Assembly (NCBI GenBank): GCA_963779575.1
Contig: CAVZYT010000002.1
Span: forward strand, 213,191-277,190
Length of the DNA stretch: 64,000 nucleotides
Direction of reading: 5' to 3'
Source: an uncultured Chloroflexia bacterium
GTDB lineage: Bacteria > Chloroflexota > Limnocylindria > Limnocylindrales > CSP1-4
Shown: positions 35,098 to 42,140 of the stretch, one piece after another
Layout: each line of letters opens with the position of its first letter
How positions within the stretch are numbered: the stretch's first letter is position 1
Notes under the pieces: model-generated
What the model saw: only the letters and a program-made list of their open reading frames with translations
Database searches by the model: none
What the model was told of the DNA's origin: nothing
Program-made: the position numbers and the translations under genes

Positions 35098-35484
35098 ATG
35101 CGCGGGTTGTTCACCCTCATCATCGCCACCATCGCCGCCCTCGTCGGCGGCGTGATCGGCTTCCAGCTCGGCGTCACGTCGAACATCGGCGCGGCCGGCG
35201 GCACCGTCGTCTGGCACGCCGGCTTCGGCTTCTTCGGCTTCTTCTTCCCGTTCCTGTTCTTCTTCCTGTTCATCGGCCTGCTGTTCGCCGCGTTCGGCGG
35301 CCGCCGTCGCGGCTGGGGCGGACCCGGCTGGGGCCACGGCTACGGCGCGAACGGCGCCGGCCCGATGGGCAACCCCGATGACCCCCGTCGCCAGTGGATC
35401 GCCGACGCCCATCGCCGGCTCCACGAGGAAGAGGCGCGGAACTCGGGAACCACGCCGACCGACAAGGGCGCACCAGGCGCCTGA
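35098..35484 (+). CDS. small membrane protein with a Phe-rich TM helix and a Gly/Trp/Arg-rich segment
   Basis: MRGLFTLIIATIAALVGGVIGF..., FGFFGFFFPFLFFFLFIGLLFAAF, GGRRRGWGGPGWGHGYG. It lies directly upstream of a two-component pair. Confidence 0.55.
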   Translation: MRGLFTLIIATIAALVGGVIGFQLGVTSNIGAAGGTVVWHAGFGFFGFFFPFLFFFLFIGLLFAAFGGRRRGWGGPGWGHGYGANGAGPMGNPDDPRRQWIADAHRRLHEEEARNSGTTPTDKGAPGA

Positions 35485-35559
35485 CCCGTCACAATCCCAA
35501 CACGCGACGCCGGGACGGTACCCTCCGCCCGGCGCCTCGTCGTCTCCGGAGCCTCTGCC

Positions 35560-36246
35560 GTGCGCACCATCCTGGTCATCGAGGACGAGCCCCAGATCGC
35601 CTCGCTCGTCCGCGACTATCTCGAACACGCCGGCTTCGCCGTCCTGATCGCGGGCGACGGGTCGGGCGGCCTCGCGCTCGCCCGGGCGCGGCGCCCGGAC
35701 GCGATCGTCCTCGACCTCGGCCTGCCGAAGGTCGATGGCCTCGACGTCGTCCGCTCGCTCCGGCGGGACTCGATGGTCCCGATCGTGATCCTCACGGCAC
35801 GCGGCGACGAGATCGACCGGATCACGGGCCTCGAGCTCGGTGCTGACGACTACGTCGTGAAGCCGTTCAGTCCCAAGGAGCTCGTCGCGCGGGTCCGGGC
35901 GGTGCTGCGGCGCGCCGAGGCACGATCGACCGGCGACGAGCGCATCGTCGCGGGCGACCTCGAGCTGGACCTGGCCCGTCACCGGGTCGTGGCCGCCGGC
36001 ACGCAGGTGACCCTCACGCCGACCGAGTTCGAGCTGCTCGCGACCCTCGCCCGCGAGCCCGGGCGCGTCTGGACCCGCTCGCAGCTGCTCGACGCCGTGC
36101 ACGGGTTCTCGCTCGAGTCGTATGAGCGCGCCATCGACGGCCACATCCGCAACCTGCGCCGCAAGCTGTCGTCCGCCTCGGGATCCGCCCGCTACGTCCG
36201 GACGATCCACGGCGTGGGCTATGCGCTCGAGGAGCCGGCCGGGTGA
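35560..36246 (+). CDS. OmpR-family response regulator
   Basis: Receiver domain (ILVIEDEPQIA..., DAIVLDLGLPKVDG, ADDYVVKPF) plus a winged-helix output domain (LTPTEFELLATLAREPGRVW, VRTIHGVGYAL). Confidence 0.9.
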   Translation: MRTILVIEDEPQIASLVRDYLEHAGFAVLIAGDGSGGLALARARRPDAIVLDLGLPKVDGLDVVRSLRRDSMVPIVILTARGDEIDRITGLELGADDYVVKPFSPKELVARVRAVLRRAEARSTGDERIVAGDLELDLARHRVVAAGTQVTLTPTEFELLATLAREPGRVWTRSQLLDAVHGFSLESYERAIDGHIRNLRRKLSSASGSARYVRTIHGVGYALEEPAG

Positions 36247-37377
36247 CGGATCGCCCAGCACGATCGCCACCACTGGGGCGCCTCGGGGCGCGAGCGGTGG
36301 TCGTGGGGCGGAGCGCCGGGGGCCGGCCAGCCGTGGGGCCGGCGCCGCGGCCCGGGACGCATGGGCGCCGGATTCTTCGGCTGCCTGTTCCTCGCGCTGG
36401 TCGTGTTCGTCGGCGTCCTCACGGCGCTGGCCACTTGGGTCGCGGCGCTCCTGCTCGGGATCATCGCGCCGGGCGCCTCGCCGCCGACCGCGACCGTGGT
36501 CGCCGTGATCGTGGTGCTCGTGGTTGCCATCGTCATCGGCGGCCGCGCCTTCTTCCTCACGGTGCGACCCCTCGCGGACCTTGCGGCGGCCTCGGAGCGG
36601 CTGGCCGACGGCGAGCCGGGTGTCCGCGTCGTGCCGCGGGGTCCCGGGCCGGCCCGCCGTCTCGGCGCGTCGTTCAACGCGATGGCGGAGCGCCTTGACC
36701 GCTCCCGCGACGATCGTCGGGCGCTGCTCGCCGACGTCACCCACGAGCTGCGGACGCCGCTGACGGTGATCTCCGGCGGGCTCGAGGCGATGCTCGACGG
36801 CGTCCATCCGATGGACGAGGACCACGTGTCGCCGATCCTCGCCGAGGCCAGTCGTCATGGACCGCCTGCTCGACGACCTGCGCACGATCTCGCTCGCCGA
36901 GGCCGGCGCGCTGCCGCTCCACCGCGAGCCCGTCGACCTCGTCGAGATCGCGCGGCGGACGTGCTGGCCGCTCAGCGGGCGGTCGCGGAGGCGCGGCGCG
37001 TGGAGCTGCGCGCTGGGCGGGGACGCGGCGCTCGAGGCCGACGTCGACCCGGTCCGGGTCCGCGAGATCCTCGTCAACCTCGTCGCGAACGCCGTCCGCC
37101 ATACCCCGGCGGGCGGCCGGGTCTCGATCGAGATCCGGGCTGCCGATGGCGCGACGCCCTGCTGATCGTCGCCGACACCGGCGAAGGGATCGCGCCCGAG
37201 GAGCTCGGGCGCGTGTTCGACCGGTTCCACCGGCGTTCGGACTCGGGCGGCAGCGGCCTCGGCCTGACGATCGTCCGCGACCTCGCGACGGCCCACGGCG
37301 GGTCGGTCGACGTCGAGAGCGACGGCGTGCCCGGCCACGGGTCGACGTTCCGGGTGCGGGTGCCGCGCCGCCTCTAG
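36243..37377 (+). pseudogene. sensor histidine kinase (HAMP-HisKA-HATPase), several frameshifts as sequenced
   Basis: GTG 36243 overlaps the regulator stop (GTGA). Sequence pieces: TM helix GAGFFGCLFLALVVFVGVL, HAMP (FNAMAERL), H-box ADVTHELRTPLT, then frame hops (ORF 36857..37165: MDRLLDDLRTISLAEAG), ending in GEGIAPEELGRVFDRFHR and GSGLGLTIVRDLATAHGG. The first shift is repairable by removing one C from the CCC run at 36254..36256. Confidence 0.75.
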
Positions 37378-37395
37378 GGACGGCGCTCTCGGGCT

Positions 37396-38262
37396 TCAGG
37401 CGAGGCGCCTGGCCCCGAACCGGAGCGCGATCAGGACCAGGCCGACGATCAGGGCCGCGGCGCCGAGGAAGACGATGGCCGGACTCCCCGCGGGCTGGCT
37501 CGAGCCGGTGTTGCTCGGGGCGGTCGCCTGCGCGTCGCCGGCGACCGGCGCCTCGCTGGCGAGGTTCCTGCCGGGGTCGACGGCCGTCTCCAGTGGCGCC
37601 TTTTCGATCGACGTCGCGGAGGTGCGGCCATCGGAGGTCGCCGGTCCGGTCTCGGCCGCAAACGCGCGGTCGGGCTCCGGGGAGGCGGCGGCCGATGGGG
37701 CGAGGGCGGGCCGGGGCGCCAAGGCCGCGGCTGCGGACGATGCGGCAGATGGCATCGCGGCGCCGGCTGCCGGCGCCGCGGCGTCGACCAACGGGACGCT
37801 GCCGTCCGCTGGATTCGCCGGCCCCGCAGTGGCCGCGGCCTCGACGTTCGGTGCAGCACCTGCCGCCGCCCCGGCACCCGTGCCCTGCCCCGCAGCCGGC
37901 AGGATCGAGCCCGGGGTGCCCAGCAGGAGCCCCGCGAGACCGATGGCGGCGAGCCCGGTCCCCAGCGGTGCGGCGAGCCGGAACCGGGGCGAGGCGAAGG
38001 CGGCGAGGAGCCCGCGCCAGCCCGACGGGGCGAGCGAGGCCGCCTGCTCGGGCGTGAGGCGGAAGTCACGGGGACGGACGGCGGGAGGCATCTCGGGCAG
38101 CGCGGCCGCGATGGCGCGCAGGTCACGGTGGAGCGCGGCGCAGTCGGTGCACTCGGCGGCGAGCTCGGTTGCCTGGGCGAGGTCGGGTCCCGTGGCATCG
38201 CCCGCGGCGTAGGCGGCGATCAGCTCCGGGTCGTGCGTGGTGTGGTCGGGCAGGTGGGGCAT
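37396..38262 (-). CDS. anti-sigma factor paralogue 2 (CxxC N-domain, TM, Ala/Pro-rich exterior, C-terminal TM)
   Basis: ATG 38262 within ORF 37396..39081. MPHLPDHTTHDPELIAAYAAGDATGPDLAQATELAAECTDCAALHRDL..., TM helix LGTGLAAIGLAGLLLG, and a C-terminal hydrophobic helix plus basic tail (AIVFLGAAALIVGLVLIALRFGARRLA). Confidence 0.75.
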   Translation of the reverse strand: MPHLPDHTTHDPELIAAYAAGDATGPDLAQATELAAECTDCAALHRDLRAIAAALPEMPPAVRPRDFRLTPEQAASLAPSGWRGLLAAFASPRFRLAAPLGTGLAAIGLAGLLLGTPGSILPAAGQGTGAGAAAGAAPNVEAAATAGPANPADGSVPLVDAAAPAAGAAMPSAASSAAAALAPRPALAPSAAASPEPDRAFAAETGPATSDGRTSATSIEKAPLETAVDPGRNLASEAPVAGDAQATAPSNTGSSQPAGSPAIVFLGAAALIVGLVLIALRFGARRLA

Positions 38263-38263
38263 C
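37817..38263 (-). repeat. 447-bp direct repeat, copy B (5' part of anti-sigma paralogue 2)
   Basis: Identical to 38700..39146 at an offset of 883 bp, apart from 3 mismatches I could find by eye (a 2-nt Ala/Gly change and 1 synonymous change). Confidence 0.9.
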
Positions 38264-38305
38264 TCCCTGCCCTGACGGACGAACGTCCGTCCAGGTTCCG
38301 ACGGG

Positions 38306-39145
38306 TCAGGCGCGGTCGCTCGATCGGGCCGCCAGCCGGAGCACGACGAGCGCGACACCAACGAGGAGAAGCACGGCCGAGACGAGGAGCCACGGCGATG
38401 CGCCGGGTTCCGCGTCGGCCGGCCGCAGGGTGCCCATAGCGGCCGACTGGCTGGGCGCGGGTGAGGCCGCCTGAAGCGCCATCTCACGCTGCGTGGTGGA
38501 TTCGGGAATGGGTGTCGCCGCAGGACCGGCCGCGACGGCGACATCGCTGGCGCCCGGGTTGAAGGCGGCCGCCGGCACGGTCGATGCGGCGGCGCTGGCT
38601 GCCGGTCCCGTGAGGCCGGCCAGATCGTCGGCCGCCTTGCCGCCGGCAGCGTCGGACTGAGCTCCGACCGGGCCGTCGGAAGGCGCGGGGGCGAGCTCGG
38701 CCGGCCCCGCAGTGGCCGCGGCCTCGACGTTCGGTGCAGCACCTGCCGCCGCCCCGGCACCCGTGCCCTGCCCCGCCCCCGGCAGGATCGAGCCCGGGGT
38801 GCCCAGCAGGAGCCCCGCGAGACCGATGGCGGCGAGCCCGGTCCCCAGCGGTGCGGCGAGCCGGAACCGGGGCGAGGCGAAGGCGGCGAGGAGCCCGCGC
38901 CAGCCCGACGGGGCGAGCGAGGCCGCCTGCTCGGGCGTGAGGCGGAAGTCACGGGGTCGGACGGCGGGAGGCATCTCGGGCAGCGCGGCCGCGATGGCGC
39001 GCAGGTCACGGTGGAGCGCGGCGCAGTCGGTGCACTCGGCGGCGAGCTCGGTTGCCTGGGCGAGGTCGGGTCCCGTGGCATCGCCCGCGGCGTAGGCGGC
39101 GATCAGCTCCGGGTCGTGCGTGGTGTGGTCGGGCAGGTGGGGCAT
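38306..39145 (-). CDS. anti-sigma factor paralogue 1, translationally coupled to the ECF sigma
   Basis: ATG 39145 overlaps the sigma stop (ATGA). The first ~147 aa are identical to paralogue 2 and the extracytoplasmic half is divergent. It ends in PWLLVSAVLLLVGVALVVLRLAARSSDRA. Confidence 0.8.
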   Translation of the reverse strand: MPHLPDHTTHDPELIAAYAAGDATGPDLAQATELAAECTDCAALHRDLRAIAAALPEMPPAVRPRDFRLTPEQAASLAPSGWRGLLAAFASPRFRLAAPLGTGLAAIGLAGLLLGTPGSILPGAGQGTGAGAAAGAAPNVEAAATAGPAELAPAPSDGPVGAQSDAAGGKAADDLAGLTGPAASAAASTVPAAAFNPGASDVAVAAGPAATPIPESTTQREMALQAASPAPSQSAAMGTLRPADAEPGASPWLLVSAVLLLVGVALVVLRLAARSSDRA

Positions 39146-39146
39146 C
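38700..39146 (-). repeat. 447-bp direct repeat, copy A (5' part of anti-sigma paralogue 1)
   Basis: See copy B. The right edge is 1 nt past the ATG, and the left edge is a sharp transition to unrelated sequence. Confidence 0.9.
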
Positions 39147-39813
39147 AGCCGTCCTCCCCGCGGAACAGCCCGATCGAACCCTCGAGGCGGTCGCGCAGCG
39201 CGAGCCTGCCGCGGTGGATCCGCGACTTCACCGTTCCCAGCGAGACACCCGTCAGCTCCGCGATCTCCGCGTAGTCGTAGCCCTCGACATCGAACAGCAC
39301 GATCGCGTACCGCTGGTCGGGCGTGATCGACGCCAGCGCGGCCGAAAGGACGCGCGAGCGCTCGCCGTGCATGGCTGTCCGCACGGGATCGTCCTGTGGC
39401 CCGGACGGTGGCTGCCAGCTCTCGTCGTCGAGCTCGGGGTACGGCTGGGAAGGCCGGCGCTTCTTGAGCCGCTGCTGGTCCATGGCCGCGTTGATCGCGA
39501 TCCGGCTGAGCCACGAGCGGACGCTGCCCCCGCGGAACGAGCGCATGTTGCGGTAGGCGGAGAAGAACGCCTCCTGGACGGCGTCGGACGCCTGGTCGCG
39601 GTCGGGCACCATCCGCGCGACCAGCGCGAACAGGTGGTCCTGGTAGCACTCGACGAGGCTGTTGAAGGCGTCGAGGCTGCCATCGCGCGCCTGCTCGAGA
39701 AGCACGAGGTCTCGACGCTGGATCGGATCGTCGACGGCCTCGGACGGGCGGACGTCCTCCACGATGGGGGCGGCCCTCCTGGCGGGGATGGTGAGGCGCG
39801 GCGAGTCTAGCAT
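39145..39813 (-). CDS. ECF (group 4) sigma-70 family RNA polymerase sigma factor
   Basis: Region 2 (DAFNSLVECYQDHLFALVARMV, DAVQEAFFSAYRNMRSF) and region 4 (DVEGYDYAEIAELTGVSLGTVKSRIHRGR). ATG 39813 chosen; the ORF extends to 39900. Confidence 0.9.
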   Translation of the reverse strand: MLDSPRLTIPARRAAPIVEDVRPSEAVDDPIQRRDLVLLEQARDGSLDAFNSLVECYQDHLFALVARMVPDRDQASDAVQEAFFSAYRNMRSFRGGSVRSWLSRIAINAAMDQQRLKKRRPSQPYPELDDESWQPPSGPQDDPVRTAMHGERSRVLSAALASITPDQRYAIVLFDVEGYDYAEIAELTGVSLGTVKSRIHRGRLALRDRLEGSIGLFRGEDG

Positions 39814-39872
39814 CGGGCCCGGCAGATGACGCCCGGTCGGACCCTGCGTCCGGCCACGACGTGCCCGCCCTC

Positions 39873-39898
39873 GACGCGCTCGCGGTCGCTCCGGTTCC
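39873..39898 (-). promoter_or_regulatory. ECF-type promoter (GGAAC-N17-CGTC) upstream of the sigma gene
   Basis: The minus strand reads GGAAC CGGAGCGACCGCGAGCG CGTC: -35 at 39898..39894 and -10 at 39876..39873, about 60 nt upstream of ATG 39813. This is the classic autoregulatory ECF architecture. Confidence 0.6.
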
Positions 39899-39934
39899 AC
39901 CCGCTCCCAGCGCTCCGCTAGGATTCGCCGGCGG

Positions 39935-40020
39935 GCCGAAGTGGCGGAATGGCAGACGCGGCGGTCTCAAACACCGCTGAGGGCAACCTCGTGTGGGTTC
40001 GACTCCCACCTTCGGTACCA
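39935..40020 (+). tRNA. tRNA-Leu(CAA), type II with long variable arm, CCA encoded
   Basis: Folded by hand: acceptor GCCGAAG/CTTCGGT (G1-U72), D-arm GCGGAATGGCAGACGC, anticodon stem GCGGT/ACCGC with loop CTCAAAC (anticodon CAA at 39968..39970), variable arm GAGG-GCAA-CCTC, T-arm GTGGG-TTCGACT-CCCAC, then ACCA. Confidence 0.9.
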
Positions 40021-40054
40021 ACTCGACGACGGCGCCCGCGCTACGCTCTCAACG

Positions 40055-40081
40055 CCCCGACCTCGTTTCCCGTGGTCGGGG
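40055..40081 (+). terminator. hairpin downstream of tRNA-Leu
   Basis: CCCCGACC-(11 nt)-GGTCGGGG followed by CTTACC. The loop is large, so support is weak. Confidence 0.35.
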
Positions 40082-40138
40082 CTTACCGTGTCCGGGCGGT
40101 ACTGTGTGCGCAAGGGTCAGTCGTAGAGAGGTACCGAA

Positions 40139-40348
40139 TTGGCACAGACAGAGACGCCGCGCGGCCGTGGCCACGAGTGGACACTGCACGCGGTCGCGAC
40201 AGGGTCCGGCGCCGACGCCGTAGGGATCTGCACGCGATGCGGCCTGGTCCGCCTCGCGCCGGCAACCCACGCCAGCCCGGGCGAGCTCGATCTTGGCGGG
40301 GAGTGTCCGGGCACCTCGGCCGCCCAGTACTCGACCGACCAACGCTGA
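40139..40348 (+). CDS. possible small Cys-containing protein (69 aa)
   Basis: TTG start 6 nt after AGAGAGG. It contains CTRC and a further Cys, and ends 4 nt before the next gene. There is no recognisable family, so it could be non-coding. Confidence 0.3.
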   Translation: MAQTETPRGRGHEWTLHAVATGSGADAVGICTRCGLVRLAPATHASPGELDLGGECPGTSAAQYSTDQR

Positions 40349-40352
40349 CGCC

Positions 40353-40674
40353 ATGACCGAAGTCCCCGACGACGTCGAGATCGAGACGATCTGGGTGGTC
40401 GAGGTCCCCTACACGCCGGAGGCGCAGGAGCGTCGACCGCAGTTTCGCCGTGCCCACCTGACGCGGATCGCGCGGCTGATCCGGGAGGGACGGGTGATCG
40501 AGGCCGGTGGCACGGCCGACTTCGACAAGGCGGTCCTCCTGATCCGGGCCGAGACGCGAGGCCGAGGTCCTGGCGCTGATCGAGGAGGACGTGTACACCT
40601 CGGGCGGCGTCTGGCACTCGCCTGTCGCGCGTGCGTATGGTCGCGTCGTCCCGCGAGAGGCGACCTCGGGGTAG
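40353..40674 (+). pseudogene. YCII-related domain protein, one frameshift near 40555
   Basis: MTEVPDDVEIETIWVVEVPYTPEAQERRPQFRRAHLTRIARLIREGRVIEAGGTADFDKAVLLIRAET continues in another frame as EAEVLALIEEDVYTSGGVWHSPVARAYGRVV, with a stop at 40672..40674. The span is 322 nt, not a multiple of 3. Confidence 0.6.
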
Positions 40675-40716
40675 ACTCCCGCGCATTGCCACGCCACGCC
40701 TCGCCTCGGAGTCCCG

Positions 40717-41296
40717 ATGAGCTTCCTCACGCGCACGCTCGGCCTCGACGCCCCCGCCTCACCCGAACTGCCCGTCGACCCCCACGCGCCATTGCCCTCC
40801 GCAAGCGAGGCTGACACCGCGAGCGTCAAGCTGATCGCCCTGCAGCTGTCGGCGATGCCGCCGGCGCGCGCGCGATACCTCGCGGCGTTCGCGTATCTCC
40901 TCGGACGGGCAGCCGACGCGGACATGTCGATCAGCGACGAAGAGACGGCCGAGATGGTCAAGCTGATGGAGGAATCCGGCGGCCTCGACGCGGACACCGC
41001 GCGGCTGGTCGTCGTCCTCGCGACGGCGCAGGCCGACTGCCTACGGCGCCACCGAGGACTTCCTCGTCACCCGCGAGTTCAAGGCGATCTCCACGCTGGA
41101 GGAGCGCGAGCAGCTGCTCCGTTGCTGCTTCCTCGTGATGGCCGCCGACGACGAGATCGACGAGAACGAGTCGTGGCTGGCCAACCGCCTGGCCGAGGAG
41201 CTCGACATCGAGCGTCCGGACCTCAACGCCATCCGCGAAGAGTTCTACGAGCAGCTCTCGAGCGTCCGTGCAATCCGCGGGTACGCCGCGAGCTGA
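40717..41296 (+). pseudogene. TerB-like (tellurite-resistance TerB family) protein, one frameshift near 41040
   Basis: YLAAFAYLLGRAADADMSISDEETAEMVKLMEESGGLD continues in another frame as TEDFLVTREFKAISTLEEREQLLRCCFLVMAADDEIDENESWLANRLAEELDI, with a stop at 41294..41296. Confidence 0.6.
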
Positions 41297-41331
41297 TCCC
41301 GCGCCGCCCGGGCCTCGCCCGGGGTGGACGA

Positions 41332-41931
41332 ATGACGATGGCGACCGCCGACGACCGCCGATGGCGACGCTCCCCGCTACTCGGACGACGATCGCGGCAA
41401 CGCCGGTCGAGCGACCGGTCCATGGGAGAGCCGCCCACCATGTCCGCTTCAACCTCCGCCGCGCCCTCGACGTTCTGGACGACGACCCAGCCGATGCGCG
41501 GCGTCGCCTCGCGCCTGACCGCGGGCGTCCTGTTCATCACGACGGGCGTCGTGCTCGGCTCGGCCGTGCTCGGCCTGAGCATCGCCAGCGCGATCATCGC
41601 CCGCGGTGTCGTCGTCGCCGATCCCGGTGACGTCGCCACGATCCGTGCCATCACCCCGCTGTTCGCGCTGTTCGGCGTTGTCGCCGCGGCCCACCTGGTT
41701 GCAGGCTTCGGGATCGCGTTCGGCAGCCGTCAGGCCGCCTCGCTCGGGATCGGCCTCGGGGCGTTCAGCGTGGTGGCCGGCGTGGTCGGCCTGGTCGTCG
41801 CGGCGACCGGCTCGCGCAACCAGGCCGACGGCGTGGGGATCGCGATGACCTTCGTCGTCACGGGCATCGTGCTCGCGGTCGCGGCCCGCGCCGCGGACTG
41901 GAACACGCACGGGCCTGCCGACGCCGCCTGA
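41332..41931 (+). CDS. polytopic membrane protein, unknown function
   Basis: 3' part of ORF 40717..41931 with four hydrophobic helices (VLFITTGVVLGSAVLGLSIASAII, LFALFGVVAAAHLVAGFGIAF, LGIGLGAFSVVAGVVGLVVAA, IAMTFVVTGIVLAVAA). The start is uncertain: 41332, 41422 or 41440. Confidence 0.55.
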   Translation: MTMATADDRRWRRSPLLGRRSRQRRSSDRSMGEPPTMSASTSAAPSTFWTTTQPMRGVASRLTAGVLFITTGVVLGSAVLGLSIASAIIARGVVVADPGDVATIRAITPLFALFGVVAAAHLVAGFGIAFGSRQAASLGIGLGAFSVVAGVVGLVVAATGSRNQADGVGIAMTFVVTGIVLAVAARAADWNTHGPADAA

Positions 41932-41948
41932 GGTCCCCGAACACACCC

Positions 41949-41986
41949 GACGGCTGCCGTTCGTTCCGGCAGCCGTCGTTCGATTC
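41949..41986 (+). terminator. conserved hairpin family, copy T1
   Basis: GACGGCTGCCG-ttcgttc-CGGCAGCCGTC followed by GTTCGATTC, 18 nt after the stop at 41931. Confidence 0.6.
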
Positions 41987-41994
41987 CCGGGCGT

Positions 41995-42037
41995 TTCGAG
42001 GATTCTTCGTCGGTGCTTCGGTGCCCGGCGCCAGGGT
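41995..42037 (+). promoter_or_regulatory. SARP-type heptad array A plus candidate -10
   Basis: TTCGAGG (41995), TTCGTCG (42006) and TTCGGTG (42017) are spaced exactly 11 bp apart. CAGGGT at 42032..42037 lies 8 bp after the third heptad. The array is upstream of the Vgb-like gene. Confidence 0.55.
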
Positions 42038-42140
42038 TCTGGACGTGACCGACGAACGTCGCCAGCCGGATGCCGGTGGCGAGAACCCCATCGACCGGAC
42101 GGGATCGGTCCCCGCTCCGGGACGCCAGGAGGTTGGGGCC

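Noticed and set aside
37396-39081. A 561-aa ORF that appears to fuse the two anti-sigma genes into one protein.
   Set aside because: Upstream of Met 38262 the frame reads through the other paralogue out of frame (a Pro/Arg/Ser-rich string). The real genes are the two ~280-aa proteins that each start with MPHLPDH.
39935-41931. tRNA-Leu as the attachment site of an integrated element covering the small genes downstream.
   Set aside because: There is no integrase, excisionase or recombinase, I could not find a second copy of the tRNA 3' end, and GC looks host-like. The genes (YCII, TerB-like, membrane protein) are ordinary accessory housekeeping.
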